From assembly GCF_006345805.1 (NCBI RefSeq), contig NC_042998.1, positions 43,896,001-43,960,000 of the forward strand: a stretch of DNA of 64,000 bases, written 5' to 3'. This document shows, one piece after another, positions 63,601-64,000 of this stretch. This DNA is from Octopus sinensis. Taxonomy: Eukaryota. The translations under genes and the position numbers were made by a program. The notes beneath the pieces are model-generated. The model made no database searches. It saw only the letters and a program-made list of their open reading frames with translations, and was not told the DNA's origin. The first letter of the stretch is position 1. The number at the start of each line of letters is the position of its first letter.

Positions 63601-64000
63601 GTAACTAAGGGATAAAACTATGATGATACGATGAAAGGAACTAACCGAAAAATTACATCTATGCTCTATTTAACATAAAGCTCACTTGTTTACTTTGTAA
63701 TTTTTAAAATATAATTATCATTTGCCCACGCAGACCATCCATCCTTAATTTCTCTTGATTCTACTGTTTCAGAATGAATTTGTAAATGAGAAGAACGTAA
63801 GCAAGCAACGTAACTGAAGGGAATTGAAATTAGCATTTACTATATATTAAAATATAATTGTTGCACTGGCATTCCAATTTATTTCAAATCCAAAGTTTAC
63901 CAAACCGAACATGATCTTATAGTTATGTTATGGCTTGTAGATAGTTGAGGGCCATTTGCAGTGTTACTCGATGTAAACACCCAATTTACGCCGAGAAACG

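Overview
AT-rich, intron/intergenic-type animal DNA dominated by microsatellites and transposon relics. The SINE families and repeat landscape suggest a coleoid cephalopod, probably Octopus (inference from recalled repeat families, not a database hit). I found no recognisable complete gene. The best host-gene signal is a candidate first coding exon at 38870-39066 (+). Main content: (1) about six distinct families of restriction-like-endonuclease (R4/Dong-type) non-LTR retrotransposon fragments, nearly all with the same polarity relative to (AAT)n tracts. At 52.0-58.8 kb they form a head-to-tail train that includes an internally deleted copy, a snap-back palindromic 5' junction and a nested intact-ended mariner. 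(2) A discrete ~560-bp non-coding element present twice, each time inside (AAT)n. (3) Minimal type I hammerhead ribozyme motifs of the Penelope-like kind next to (TA)n tracts, including a head-to-head double-hammerhead foldback at 3.5-3.7 kb and a ribozyme/palindrome cluster at 9.0-9.3 kb. (4) A degenerate twister-ribozyme motif at an RTE 5' end (25.3 kb). (5) Many tRNA-derived SINEs of at least three families, plus RTE, CR1/Daphne-type LINE, mariner and Helentron-like relics. Most ORFs in the supplied track are microsatellite artefacts. Family letters A-F and SINE numbers 1-3 are my own working labels.
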